A stretch of 52,175 nt of DNA. Origin: a virus (taxonomy: Duplodnaviria; Caudoviricetes). The notes beneath the pieces were generated by a model. The model saw only the letters and a list, made by a program, of their open reading frames with translations, did not search any database and was not told the origin of the DNA. A program made the position numbers and the translations under genes. Location of the stretch: positions 1-52,175 of IMG/VR virus record IMGVR_UViG_3300028840_000942. One strand, written 5' to 3'. Within the stretch, counting starts at the first letter, position 1, and each line of letters opens with the position of its first letter. Positions 36,275-46,122 of this stretch are shown piece by piece.

Positions 36275-37553
36275 TACAACTAAACTTAATATATTTAATA
36301 AGCAAAAATTACCCTCACAGCCATTGGCGCCACAGCCAGACCCGTATCAGGCACAGCCCACAATGGACCAACAACCATTGATGGGGCAACAGACTACTAA
36401 TTGGAGCATGCCCAACTGGATGCCACAGGGCACATATGATTGGTGGGGACGAAACCCAGACCCTGGCTTCGGCACACCTGACCAACCCTGGTACAGGCAC
36501 CCCAGTTGGGGAGATGATGCCGTTTACAATCCACACTATGGCTACCAGAACGTAAGGGACATTGCTGATTTGTATGGTAGCGGTCAGGACTTTTGGAACT
36601 TTGGACTTACTCCGCAGACAGACCAAGACTGGTCAGGATATGGTTTTACCCGTCCAGATAGGACACAGATAACTAGGGACCAATTAGCAGACCCAGGAGG
36701 CGGAGATGGGGCACAGATGCCAACGAAATCTATCGCTGACTGGCTTCAGGGGTTATTTAATCCGAACTATTCAGACTTGCCGTATTACCCCGATGCTGAT
36801 GTGGGACCAGGTCAAGGCTTTCAGTACCCAGGGCAATGGGACACCGCTTCAGATGTGTTGACTAACTTTGCTTATGGCGACCCGACACAGGTACCGTGGC
36901 AATGGGATGTGGCTTCACAGATGGGTGCGGATATGTCTGAAACGGGCTTACCCGTGGATGTGGCAGGGTACAAAGAAGCCATGATGCCCGTTATGCAACG
37001 CCAGTATTCAGATATGGCGAAGGATGTAATGGAACAGATGGGACTCATGGGTTTATCTGATTCTTCATCCGCACAGAGGCAGATTGCCGATATAGGTGGT
37101 AGGCTCGCTCAAGAGTATGGTCTAGGTTTAGCCGATAGGGAACTGGGGGCACAGGAATCCGCTAGGCAACGACAGTTATCCGGCGGTGGTTTATTACAGG
37201 GACTTGGTAGCGGTGTCGCAGGGTTAGGTGAGGCGGCACGTAATCGAGCATTACAGGCAGGTGGTATGTTACCCGGATTGGGGCAACAGTATCTACAGGC
37301 ACCGCAGGACTGGGCACAGAGAATGTGGGGCATGGGTACACAGCAACAGGGTATCATGCAACAGGCACTTGACCGTGCTTATCAGGACTTTATGAGGATG
37401 GCACCTGAGTATAGCCCGTGGTTACAACAGGCTATGGGTTATGTGGGATTACCGCCGTTTCTAGGACAGCAACAGTATGGTCAGTCAGGTATGGGTAGCT
37501 TATTCGGCGGGTTAATGAGTATGTTGCCATTCATGCTTGGCTTAGGGGGATAG
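36267..37553 (+). CDS. Putative ejection (DNA transfer) protein
   Basis: Q/G/A-rich helical repeats with a hydrophobic Gly-rich C-terminus. Confidence 0.6.
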   Translation: MIDTTKLNIFNKQKLPSQPLAPQPDPYQAQPTMDQQPLMGQQTTNWSMPNWMPQGTYDWWGRNPDPGFGTPDQPWYRHPSWGDDAVYNPHYGYQNVRDIADLYGSGQDFWNFGLTPQTDQDWSGYGFTRPDRTQITRDQLADPGGGDGAQMPTKSIADWLQGLFNPNYSDLPYYPDADVGPGQGFQYPGQWDTASDVLTNFAYGDPTQVPWQWDVASQMGADMSETGLPVDVAGYKEAMMPVMQRQYSDMAKDVMEQMGLMGLSDSSSAQRQIADIGGRLAQEYGLGLADRELGAQESARQRQLSGGGLLQGLGSGVAGLGEAARNRALQAGGMLPGLGQQYLQAPQDWAQRMWGMGTQQQGIMQQALDRAYQDFMRMAPEYSPWLQQAMGYVGLPPFLGQQQYGQSGMGSLFGGLMSMLPFMLGLGG

Positions 37554-37555
37554 AT

Positions 37556-37834
37556 ATGTATAACGACCCAAACACAGGACAGTTTCAATGGGGTAATGTC
37601 ATACAGGATATTATAAGGAACTATTTTATGATGCAAGCATTTGGGCAGGGCGGACAGGGGGGACACCCTACTGACCCAGCATCACAGGCGGCTACCGTAG
37701 GACCAGTCGGTGGGATGAATAGCACTATGCCACCTCCTCAGATACAGGGACGGAACCCGCATGATGCTATGGGTATGGCACAAGACCCCCAACTCATGCA
37801 GATGCTTATGCAGTTACTACAAATGGGGAGGTAA
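37556..37834 (+). CDS. Q/M-rich hypothetical protein
   Basis: 92-aa ORF in the ejection module. Confidence 0.55.
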   Translation: MYNDPNTGQFQWGNVIQDIIRNYFMMQAFGQGGQGGHPTDPASQAATVGPVGGMNSTMPPPQIQGRNPHDAMGMAQDPQLMQMLMQLLQMGR

Positions 37835-37836
37835 GT

Positions 37837-38490
37837 ATGCCAGTTTATTATAATCCAGGACCGCAACGGTATGCGGAGAGTCAGCAGAACCGCATGGATA
37901 ACTGGATACGGCAGATGCTACAGATGTTTATGATGAAGCAACAGCAGGGCAGGGAAGATACGAGATGGGAACGGGAACAAGGTCAGAAAGAGAAGTATCA
38001 GCAAGGTATATTAGACTATTACGAACACCTTAAAAAACCAACATCTAAAGAAGCCAAGGTTCCAGAATGGCTCGCCAAAGCACGGATAATTGCAGAACAG
38101 ACGGGGCGATCATTGGGGGAAATTGTTACTCAAATGACACTCGGGAAAGACACGGAAGAAAAACCAAGGTTCACTCCGTATCAACAATATCAGATGGGTA
38201 AAGACAAGAGTAAGTGGGGGCAGGACATCCTCTCTTCTATCCTCAAGGGTATTAACACCACAATAGAACAGCGTTCTAGACTATATTACACCAAGGAAGA
38301 GATGGAACAAGACCCCACTCGGAAAGAATTACTTAAAACAAAAGCCTACCTCATCAAAACTTACAAAGCCAAGACAACTTTTTCCGATGCTGATATTGAG
38401 GACATTCTAAAATATGCTGACCTCGCCAATGTATCCGAGGGTGCCACAGATTCCAACCTTATTAAAAGAGAAGACCTAAATAAACGATAG
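37837..38490 (+). CDS. Putative ejection protein
   Basis: 217-aa helical ORF, GGAGG RBS. Confidence 0.55.
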   Translation: MPVYYNPGPQRYAESQQNRMDNWIRQMLQMFMMKQQQGREDTRWEREQGQKEKYQQGILDYYEHLKKPTSKEAKVPEWLAKARIIAEQTGRSLGEIVTQMTLGKDTEEKPRFTPYQQYQMGKDKSKWGQDILSSILKGINTTIEQRSRLYYTKEEMEQDPTRKELLKTKAYLIKTYKAKTTFSDADIEDILKYADLANVSEGATDSNLIKREDLNKR

Positions 38491-41400
38491 TGGATATACG
38501 CACTCCCTTAAAGAACCCTTTTCAGAAACCTAAACCCACCTCTATTGAGGAATACTATAAATCGGGAAAGTTGCAGGAGTCTATCTTGCCGTTCAATGAA
38601 GACGAGATGCCTGCTGATGGGGATTTGCGTATCAGGGAGAATGTCATCTATCGGTACCATCGGCAACATGATGCTTTTGAAGAACTCATGCGTACCTTTG
38701 ACGAGAAAGAAATCCCTGAAGATGGGGCATTGCGACTCAAGGGTAACGTCATTTATCGCTACGTGAAAGATAAGGATTCTTATGCTCAAGTACAGCAATT
38801 CCCATCAGAGTTCATGCAATCGGCAGAACCCGAACCGCCTAGCCCATTAGGGGAGCGTGGACAGTATGGGAAAATACCTGTCTGGACAGGACCGTGGGAG
38901 TACATCAAAGAAACTATAGCTAATGCACCTCAGAGTATCTCTAACTTAGCGGAGGGCATGGGGCGACTTACCGACCCTACTAATCCCGTATATGCTATCC
39001 TTGATGCACAACGAGGACAGATTCCAGGTTCAGCCATGTACCCCGAAACCGAGGAGAAGCTACAAGAGGGTAAGAACCTTCCCCCCATGATGCAGGCTGG
39101 GTACGCAACTGCTGCGGGCACATCGAAAGATGTCTGGAATCTCGCTACTGCACCTATTCAGTTGGCATGGCGGGCACTTACTAAACCCACTGATACATTA
39201 CGGGAAGACCCAGCGGGATTCGTAGCCGGTTTATTCATCCTCAAGGGTGGATGGAAAGCAGGTAAGACAGCCGTGGCGAAGCAAGTAGCCAAGGGGTATG
39301 TAGAAACAAACTTTATCCATGACTTGATCGACTCTATTCCGAATGAGAATTTGCAAAAATTTGGCATTGAGGGAGAGGCATTTAAGGCAAGCCTACGGAC
39401 AGAGATACCCAAAGATACCAAAATAGCATTCAAGGCTACCTCTGATGCTGTGCCAAAGTCACGCATTGGACAGAAACCTATACAGCCTGCAACACCCAGT
39501 AGCAAGCTATATCGAGAACAACTCATTAAGGAAACCCCTGGATATGCAGAGAAAGTAGCACAGACTGAGAAGGCATTGGCTGATAGACCGATATCTAAAC
39601 GGTTATTTGAACGCCCAATGGAAATTGCCGAGGATGCCCCGTTACCCAAGTTGACCGAAGAACAGGTGCAGGCGTTCAAGAAAAAAGGCGGCAAGGTTGA
39701 AACCATTAAGGAAGAGTTCCCGCTAGAGCGTGAACGCACCTTTAAAACCAAAGCAAGGGGCAAGCCCGATGATATTTCCTTTCACTCAGGTATCCCTGCT
39801 GATGAGGTGGTCGGTAAACTCATCAAGATAGCTAGGCAGACACGGTTAGGACAAGAAGCACTTAACAGGGTATTCCAACGGCGGTCTGCTATCGGATTGG
39901 GAGAACTAAAAACTGAGCAGGTTATAGCAGATACCCTTGGCAAACTTTCAGATGTCGAGGCGGAAGCCTTTACCTTTGTCAAGGGTGGTTTGAAAGATAT
40001 CGAACTACTGAAGAAGTCTGGGTACAAACATCTTGCTAAAGATGTAGAGAAGCCCTCACCACAACTCAAGAGGGCTGTGGTGGAACTCGGTAAAGAGTTC
40101 GATAAAGACTTTAAGATACTTAAAGAACATTACGATAAGATAAAATTCGTTGAGGATTATGTGCCCCAGATGTGGGACATCCCTAAGAATGAACGAACGA
40201 GTTTCGTCAATCAGTTCAAACTCAAGAATCCCTTTACCGACCCCCGTAAGATACCAACCTTAGAGGAAGGATTAAAAGCGGGGTATAAACTCAAGGTCAC
40301 TAATATTAAAGACATCTATCGCATCTACAGTAAGTATAAGAATGAGGTGATTGCCAATCTCAATCTCGTAGATGCACTATCGACCATGATGGATGAAGCG
40401 GGTCGTCCGGTCATAGTTAAGAAATCTACCCAGGCAGTTCCAGAGTATGTGGAGATGGAACATCCCGCATTCGGATTAACAAAGAAGGCATATGTACACC
40501 CTGAAATAGCCAATGAGTTACAGGTGGTATTCCGCCGACCTCATGTATCAAAGGTGGGGCGGGCATACGACCAGTTAAACGCCTTCCTGAAGTATTCGCA
40601 ATTATCCTTAACCCTGTTCCATCACGGAGCATTATCTGAATCTGCACTAGGCATGCTCGGTCCGAAAGGTTTGGCGAAGGCTGCTACTGAGTCTATTAAA
40701 CGCATGAAGAAGGGGGCTAAACCCATCGTGCTAGAGAAGGGTGAATTGTCGGCTGATGGGATACAGCACGGGTTACAGCTAAAGCCCTCGTCAGATGTGC
40801 AGTTAAGCATGTTGAGTAAGATGTTGTCTGACATAGAGGGGAAGTTGCCCGATGGAAAGACGGCCTTTACTCGTGTCATGGGACCAAAGGCAGCAGTAAA
40901 AACAGGCAGTAAATTTTTTGAGAATTGGAATAAGTTTCTATGGGACAACCTACATAATACATTGAAACTCATGTCCTATGAGAAGTTAGTCCATAGAGAG
41001 TTGGGGCGTGTTGGCAAGACCACTATGAAGGAACTTGGTCGTGATATGACCAAGGCTGAGATTGCCGCTATGAAGAAAGAGATTGCATCGTTTGTGAACG
41101 ACTCTTTCGGTGGGCAAAACTGGGATGTTCTTGGCTCTGGGCGTATCAGGCTTGGAGATCCTATCTATCGCAGAAACCTACAGCGTATTTTTCTGGCACC
41201 TGACTGGACTATCTCGGTTATACGGCAAGCAAGTGCGTTAGGACGCGGACCGATGAAGACCGCACTAGGCAAAGAACTGCTCAAGCAGGGGGTGGAACGT
41301 CAAGGGGGACTAGAACTCGTCAAGGGTAAGACCCTGACTGATATATCCAGGTACTACTGGAAACGCATGGCTGCCTATTCGTTTGTAGTGATGCAGGGTG

Positions 41401-42521
41401 TTAATTATGCCGCATCGGAAAAGATACATGGTAAGGGTAGGTTCACTTGGGAGAACCCCCCAGGTAAAACTCTACACATCCTCGTTGGTCGAGGTGGCGT
41501 GGGTAAGAATGTTAAGGGGGAACCTGAGATATATTTACGTTGGGGTAAACAGTTATCAGAGCCTATAAGATGGGCAACCTCTACCACTGAGATATTAGGT
41601 TCTAAAATGTCTCCCACCGGTAGCCTGATAGGGCGGCAACTCTTTAAGCACGACCCTGGTACCGGATGGCCTACTGCATGGGCAAGGAAAGAAGAAAAGG
41701 GGGGCTTCGCTTGGGGCGAACGCATTAAGGATGTTATATCCCTTCCCGTGCCATTCTCTCTGAAGAAATATATCTTAGAAGAGGGTTCGGGTAGTTTCCT
41801 GTTTACATGGCCTCTCTCCAAGGGTATGACTCGCGGGAAAACCGTAGCGGAGTTTCACAAAGCCCTTGCTATGAAAGACCCAGAGAAAAAAGATGCACAT
41901 ATCCAGAGAGTGGCGATGGCCGCTACAGAGAATGGGTTAAACTGGGACGAATTACTTAGTGAAGCAGAGGGTGATATTAGGAGTGAGGATAGATGGAAGC
42001 GTGACAAATATCTAAACAAGTTCCGCAAGGAATTGAAAAAACTCAAGACAGTAGATGAGCAGGTAGATTTACTTCATGCGTATCGACAGCGTGAAACCCT
42101 GACTCATCAAGAGATTCGTACCCTATCTGAAGAAATGAAAGACCGCCAGGAAATCCTTAAAAGGCTTGACAATCTCAAGATAGAAGAATCTTTTATGAAA
42201 AGAGTGGGGAAGAAAGATTATCGTGATGCCCAATCTATAAGAGATTCCATCCGTGACCAGTATGAAACGGTGCGCAATCAAGCCATTATGCACATCCGTG
42301 AGAATAGCATTAATAAAGCCGTCAAGCTTGTTAAGGAATGGAACAGTAATCTTGATGTACAGATGAAACCCCTGGCTGAGAAGTTAGGTAAAACGTTGCC
42401 TCAATTAAAAGCCAAGGGATTATATAAAGATTTTCACATATCAGTATCACAGTTGAGAGGGATGGTTAAATCCGAGAAAACCAAGACACGGACGACACCA
42501 TTTGAGAGAAGTATTAAGTAG
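38490..42521 (+). CDS. Large internal virion/ejection protein (1343 aa)
   Basis: Largest ORF, at the end of the ejection module; DYVPQMW, FVNDSFGG.NW and FLAPDW motifs. Confidence 0.7.
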   Translation: MDIRTPLKNPFQKPKPTSIEEYYKSGKLQESILPFNEDEMPADGDLRIRENVIYRYHRQHDAFEELMRTFDEKEIPEDGALRLKGNVIYRYVKDKDSYAQVQQFPSEFMQSAEPEPPSPLGERGQYGKIPVWTGPWEYIKETIANAPQSISNLAEGMGRLTDPTNPVYAILDAQRGQIPGSAMYPETEEKLQEGKNLPPMMQAGYATAAGTSKDVWNLATAPIQLAWRALTKPTDTLREDPAGFVAGLFILKGGWKAGKTAVAKQVAKGYVETNFIHDLIDSIPNENLQKFGIEGEAFKASLRTEIPKDTKIAFKATSDAVPKSRIGQKPIQPATPSSKLYREQLIKETPGYAEKVAQTEKALADRPISKRLFERPMEIAEDAPLPKLTEEQVQAFKKKGGKVETIKEEFPLERERTFKTKARGKPDDISFHSGIPADEVVGKLIKIARQTRLGQEALNRVFQRRSAIGLGELKTEQVIADTLGKLSDVEAEAFTFVKGGLKDIELLKKSGYKHLAKDVEKPSPQLKRAVVELGKEFDKDFKILKEHYDKIKFVEDYVPQMWDIPKNERTSFVNQFKLKNPFTDPRKIPTLEEGLKAGYKLKVTNIKDIYRIYSKYKNEVIANLNLVDALSTMMDEAGRPVIVKKSTQAVPEYVEMEHPAFGLTKKAYVHPEIANELQVVFRRPHVSKVGRAYDQLNAFLKYSQLSLTLFHHGALSESALGMLGPKGLAKAATESIKRMKKGAKPIVLEKGELSADGIQHGLQLKPSSDVQLSMLSKMLSDIEGKLPDGKTAFTRVMGPKAAVKTGSKFFENWNKFLWDNLHNTLKLMSYEKLVHRELGRVGKTTMKELGRDMTKAEIAAMKKEIASFVNDSFGGQNWDVLGSGRIRLGDPIYRRNLQRIFLAPDWTISVIRQASALGRGPMKTALGKELLKQGVERQGGLELVKGKTLTDISRYYWKRMAAYSFVVMQGVNYAASEKIHGKGRFTWENPPGKTLHILVGRGGVGKNVKGEPEIYLRWGKQLSEPIRWATSTTEILGSKMSPTGSLIGRQLFKHDPGTGWPTAWARKEEKGGFAWGERIKDVISLPVPFSLKKYILEEGSGSFLFTWPLSKGMTRGKTVAEFHKALAMKDPEKKDAHIQRVAMAATENGLNWDELLSEAEGDIRSEDRWKRDKYLNKFRKELKKLKTVDEQVDLLHAYRQRETLTHQEIRTLSEEMKDRQEILKRLDNLKIEESFMKRVGKKDYRDAQSIRDSIRDQYETVRNQAIMHIRENSINKAVKLVKEWNSNLDVQMKPLAEKLGKTLPQLKAKGLYKDFHISVSQLRGMVKSEKTKTRTTPFERSIK

Positions 42522-42530
42522 GAGTAATAA

Positions 42531-42650
42531 ATGAGTCCAGAACTTATCGCCGCGATTGCTGCCGGCGTGGTAGCGGTTATCGGCGCATTAATCAAACTTA
42601 TTCCTAAGATTATCCGTCTTATCAAGACGATACGCGGGCAGAAATTCTAG
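42531..42650 (+). CDS. 39-aa hydrophobic/cationic peptide (lysis-associated candidate)
   Basis: AGGAG RBS; MSPELIAAIAAGVVAVIGALIKLIPKIIRLIKTIRGQKF. Confidence 0.7.
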   Translation: MSPELIAAIAAGVVAVIGALIKLIPKIIRLIKTIRGQKF

Positions 42651-42679
42651 GGTTTACCCGCGCACAGCAGGAGGGGGAA

Positions 42680-43522
42680 GTGCGTAAACTTGTGTACTGT
42701 AGCATTATCTTAGCCATGTTATTCAGCGTAGGCTGTACACAACGTCCCACACCTTACTTTGCCCCGCCTAGCGTTGTTGAAAACGCTTACAACCACATAG
42801 TATCTATCGCTGTTTACTACTATATGCCACAGGAAGAATGGGAAAAGCGTATGTATGTGGATGATGGGATACCTAAAGAGGACATAGCGACTGACTCTCA
42901 CATAGGGGACAAGCCAATAAAATGCGTGGCTTACATAGGTAGCGGTACTCTAATGCGGGATAACCATGTTATTACTGTCCGCCATTTATTTGACCACAAT
43001 GAGAACACTTATGACCGTAAGATATGGGTGTTTCATCAGCAGGTTGACCACCCCATCGAGGCTGACCTTATCGCTATTACTGAGAAGAAGGTTGACGAAG
43101 ATTATTATAACGATTACGCCTGCATTAAACTGAGGGAGAACCTTGGTTACCCCGGGCTGACTGTAGCCCGGCAAAATCCCAAGCTAGGTGAGAAGGTTCT
43201 GTTTGGATGTAGTGTCGGGGGTACCGCATACTTTCTCAGGTTCGGTGTGGTGAGCCATTTTAAATGGTACTTCCGCAAGGATGATGAGGGTAGGCTACAC
43301 CTGTCCCATTGGGTTGGGTATCAATTCACGACCGTATCCCCGTCAGGTCCAGGTGACTCAGGGTCATCAATCATCAATACTCATGGGCAGATAGTGGGGA
43401 TAATTTATATCGGGGTAAACATTTACGAACAGATGTATAGCTTCTCGAATCCGGTGGAGATGTTGTGGGAATTTTTAGACGAACACCACTTAAAATACTT
43501 GGCTTATCCCTGTATGGATTAA
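42680..43522 (+). CDS. Trypsin-like (S1) serine protease lipoprotein
   Basis: Lipobox SVG-C; catalytic triad TVRH, NDYA, GDSGS. Confidence 0.85.
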   Translation: MRKLVYCSIILAMLFSVGCTQRPTPYFAPPSVVENAYNHIVSIAVYYYMPQEEWEKRMYVDDGIPKEDIATDSHIGDKPIKCVAYIGSGTLMRDNHVITVRHLFDHNENTYDRKIWVFHQQVDHPIEADLIAITEKKVDEDYYNDYACIKLRENLGYPGLTVARQNPKLGEKVLFGCSVGGTAYFLRFGVVSHFKWYFRKDDEGRLHLSHWVGYQFTTVSPSGPGDSGSSIINTHGQIVGIIYIGVNIYEQMYSFSNPVEMLWEFLDEHHLKYLAYPCMD

Positions 43523-43815
43523 TCCTTATTGGGTGTACCCAGATTAATTCTAATGCACCCCGAAGACTGAGTCCGGAATGGTGGGACATAAGGCAGGCGA
43601 GGCAGGAAAGGCATGAGTTACCGAACATCTACATTGTATTCAATGACCATCAGTTGGCTTGGGTGTATAACGATGGTGTTCGGTTCACCAATTCGGAGTT
43701 TAAGGAATACATACATGGCCTGGCGTTTGTACAGGGATGTAAAAAAATACGATTCCGTTATGGAATCAACGTACATCGGGAAAGGATAATCAGATATGCA
43801 GTTATCTATTATTAA
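43465..43815 (+). CDS. Putative lipoprotein
   Basis: RR + hydrophobic stretch + LIG-C lipobox; overlaps the 3' end of the protease gene. Confidence 0.55.
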   Translation: MGIFRRTPLKILGLSLYGLILIGCTQINSNAPRRLSPEWWDIRQARQERHELPNIYIVFNDHQLAWVYNDGVRFTNSEFKEYIHGLAFVQGCKKIRFRYGINVHRERIIRYAVIYY

Positions 43816-43945
43816 GTTAGTTGGTCCCGCCTTTGTCGCTTCCCTTATTCTATTACTCTTAGATAGCGTGGGGGTACCGCTTGAGTTCATTATTGCTGGC
43901 GCTCTATTTGTGGGATGGGTGCTGGGCAGGACTGTAGAAGTATGA
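43796..43945 (+). CDS. 49-aa two-TM protein (holin candidate)
   Basis: Manual translation MQLSIIKLVGPAFVASLILLLLDSVGVPLEFIIAGALFVGWVLGRTVEV; ATGA overlap with the next gene. Confidence 0.6.
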   Translation: MQLSIIKLVGPAFVASLILLLLDSVGVPLEFIIAGALFVGWVLGRTVEV

Positions 43946-44127
43946 GCGAACCGCTTGACAAGGAAACATTTGAAACATGGAAGAATGAGGTATTCGATAA
44001 GTTTGTTACCAACGAGTTTTGCCACCTGAGAGATAAGGTGGACTGGATATTCAAGATGCTTATCGGCAACCTCATAGGAGTAATACTGACACTTGCGGGC
44101 ATACTGTTCGCCCTCATGGTGAAATAA
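43942..44127 (+). CDS. Small protein with C-terminal TM (XhlA/holin-like)
   Basis: N...HL..KVDW + hydrophobic tail; start ATG 43942. Confidence 0.6.
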   Translation: MSEPLDKETFETWKNEVFDKFVTNEFCHLRDKVDWIFKMLIGNLIGVILTLAGILFALMVK

Positions 44128-44204
44128 GATTTCGTGTTTCTGCATGATAACACGAAATATAAATACCACAAGTTTACAAATATGTCAACTATGAGCCTTA
44201 AAAC

Positions 44205-44498
44205 ATGACAAAGAAAAAGAACCCGATAGAATCACACAAGGAAGATGATTTAATACTCGGCAGGGATGAACTGCTTAAGATAATTGAAGAAGATGCCCCG
44301 AATGCTACGGCTGTCAAGAATAAGATAGAAGCTATCAAACTCCTGGCACGTATGCACAAGGCTCTTGCCCCCGATAAAACGATAGTCAAGGCTGAAGCCA
44401 AGGCGGGGGCATTCAATCAGACAGAACTCACCATGCCACAACTCAAACCGGAACACAAGGAAAGACTCCATAACCTACTGAATGCTAAACCAAGTTGA
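44205..44498 (+). CDS. Putative terminase small subunit
   Basis: KIEAIKLLAR helical motif; overlaps the start of terL. Confidence 0.55.
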   Translation: MTKKKNPIESHKEDDLILGRDELLKIIEEDAPNATAVKNKIEAIKLLARMHKALAPDKTIVKAEAKAGAFNQTELTMPQLKPEHKERLHNLLNAKPS

Positions 44499-46122
44499 TG
44501 TTAAGTTCTTTCACCAGTTAAGCGATTCCGACCAGGATGAATGGTTATTCGAACGCTCCGCTTGTGACCAGTCCTTTTATTATTTTACCCGCCAAATGGG
44601 GGGCTACCTCCCCAAGTCAGGCGGCGACCTCTCAGATTTAATCCATAAACCCATATGTGATTGGTGGCAGGACAACTCTATCATACGGAAGTTCTGCTAT
44701 ATGCCCCGTGACTGGCGTAAGACTACGGTACTTACCCGCTGGGCAAACATATGGCGTTACCTACAAAACAACGAAGTCCGTATCCTCATAGCATCCCAGA
44801 AACTTGATAAGCCTATTGAGTGGATTAAATGGATGCAGAAGATTGTACTCACCCATGAACGCTTACGGTGGCAGTACCCCATACTGTTGCAAGTAACCCG
44901 TGCCTATACCAAGTCATGCGGCACATGGTCACAGGCTGACTGTTTACTCCCCCGAATCGGGCACTACCCTGAACCCACATGGAAGGGGATAGGGATAACA
45001 GGTGCAGCTCAAGGTGGTCACTATGACTTCGTACACCCTGACGACATGATAGGGGAGAAGGGCATGGAAAGTCAAACTATTATGGAAGACGCTCTGAGAT
45101 GGTTCGATAATATTGATGAGTTACTAGACCAGCCTATCGCTACCCTGCCTCAACCCAGTATCATAACCGGAGTTGGGACACACTGGGCACAGGGCGACCA
45201 GGGGTGCTACATCCAACAGAACTATAGAGAGTACCAATGGAAGATTGTCCCCGCCCTCAAAGACAACCTGATGGACTCAGATAATATCGAGTGGGTGCAA
45301 AACCCTAACGTAGCCAACGGGGAAAGTAACTGGGAAGAATGGTTCACCACTGACTACTACAAGAAGATGCTCGCTAACCCTGAAAAAGCCATGGTGTTCT
45401 ACTGTCAGCATCAGAATAACCCATCCCAATCAGGCGGGGGACTGAATAAGTTTGACCCGACATGGATACGTTACTACCGCTTTGATGAGAGGGAGGACGG
45501 CAGGTACGTAGTCTGTGAAGATGACGGGCAGGAGTTCAAGTTATCCGCCATTCAACTATACGGCATGATAGATCCTGGTGGGTTCGCTGAAGTCAAAGCT
45601 ATCAAGGCGGGTAGTCGTAACGCATTAGTTATCGGTGGGCAGCCGTTTGGATCGGTAAAGAAATTCATAGTCCATGCCTGGGCGAAAAGGTTTCAAGACC
45701 CTGATGTATTCATGGATGCTTTATTTACCGCGCATGATGAGTTTAGACCGAGGGTATGGCGTATAGATACCGCAGCACAGCAACCATATATTTATAAGGA
45801 TATTCAAACTGAAGCGAAGAAACGCGGGACCGCACTCCGCATTACTCCTTTAACCCCAGATACGAGAAGGGATTCTAAAGACGCTGACATACAGTCGTTG
45901 ATAAATCCCTTCTTTAATGGGGAGTTCTATTTACATAGGTCAATGAAGGATTTTATTGGTGAGTACAGCAGTTACCCGACTGGGTTTACTGTTGATTTAC
46001 TGGATTGTGCGGGCAAACTTAATGTCAACTACTGGCATAGGAAGGAACGGCAGGAACCGCGTAAGAAGAAAGTGGTAACGATTGCAGCACATGAAGGCAG
46101 AAGTCAAGTTACGGGGTACTAA
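44482..46122 (+). CDS. terL: Terminase large subunit
   Basis: Walker A-like MPRDWRKTT, Walker B GGHYDFVHPDD, GT.W coupling motif, Q..N.P, nuclease IDPGG and D.LD. Confidence 0.9.
   Translation: MLNQVDVKFFHQLSDSDQDEWLFERSACDQSFYYFTRQMGGYLPKSGGDLSDLIHKPICDWWQDNSIIRKFCYMPRDWRKTTVLTRWANIWRYLQNNEVRILIASQKLDKPIEWIKWMQKIVLTHERLRWQYPILLQVTRAYTKSCGTWSQADCLLPRIGHYPEPTWKGIGITGAAQGGHYDFVHPDDMIGEKGMESQTIMEDALRWFDNIDELLDQPIATLPQPSIITGVGTHWAQGDQGCYIQQNYREYQWKIVPALKDNLMDSDNIEWVQNPNVANGESNWEEWFTTDYYKKMLANPEKAMVFYCQHQNNPSQSGGGLNKFDPTWIRYYRFDEREDGRYVVCEDDGQEFKLSAIQLYGMIDPGGFAEVKAIKAGSRNALVIGGQPFGSVKKFIVHAWAKRFQDPDVFMDALFTAHDEFRPRVWRIDTAAQQPYIYKDIQTEAKKRGTALRITPLTPDTRRDSKDADIQSLINPFFNGEFYLHRSMKDFIGEYSSYPTGFTVDLLDCAGKLNVNYWHRKERQEPRKKKVVTIAAHEGRSQVTGY

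Noticed and set aside
44155-44190. Antisense promoter (TTGACA on - strand at 44183-44188) facing the lysis genes
   Set aside because: No convincing -10 at 16-18 bp spacing; AT-rich context makes a chance match plausible
15172-44471. Numerous - strand ORFs opposite the structural genes
   Set aside because: Antisense shadows of well-supported + strand genes, without RBS or motifs
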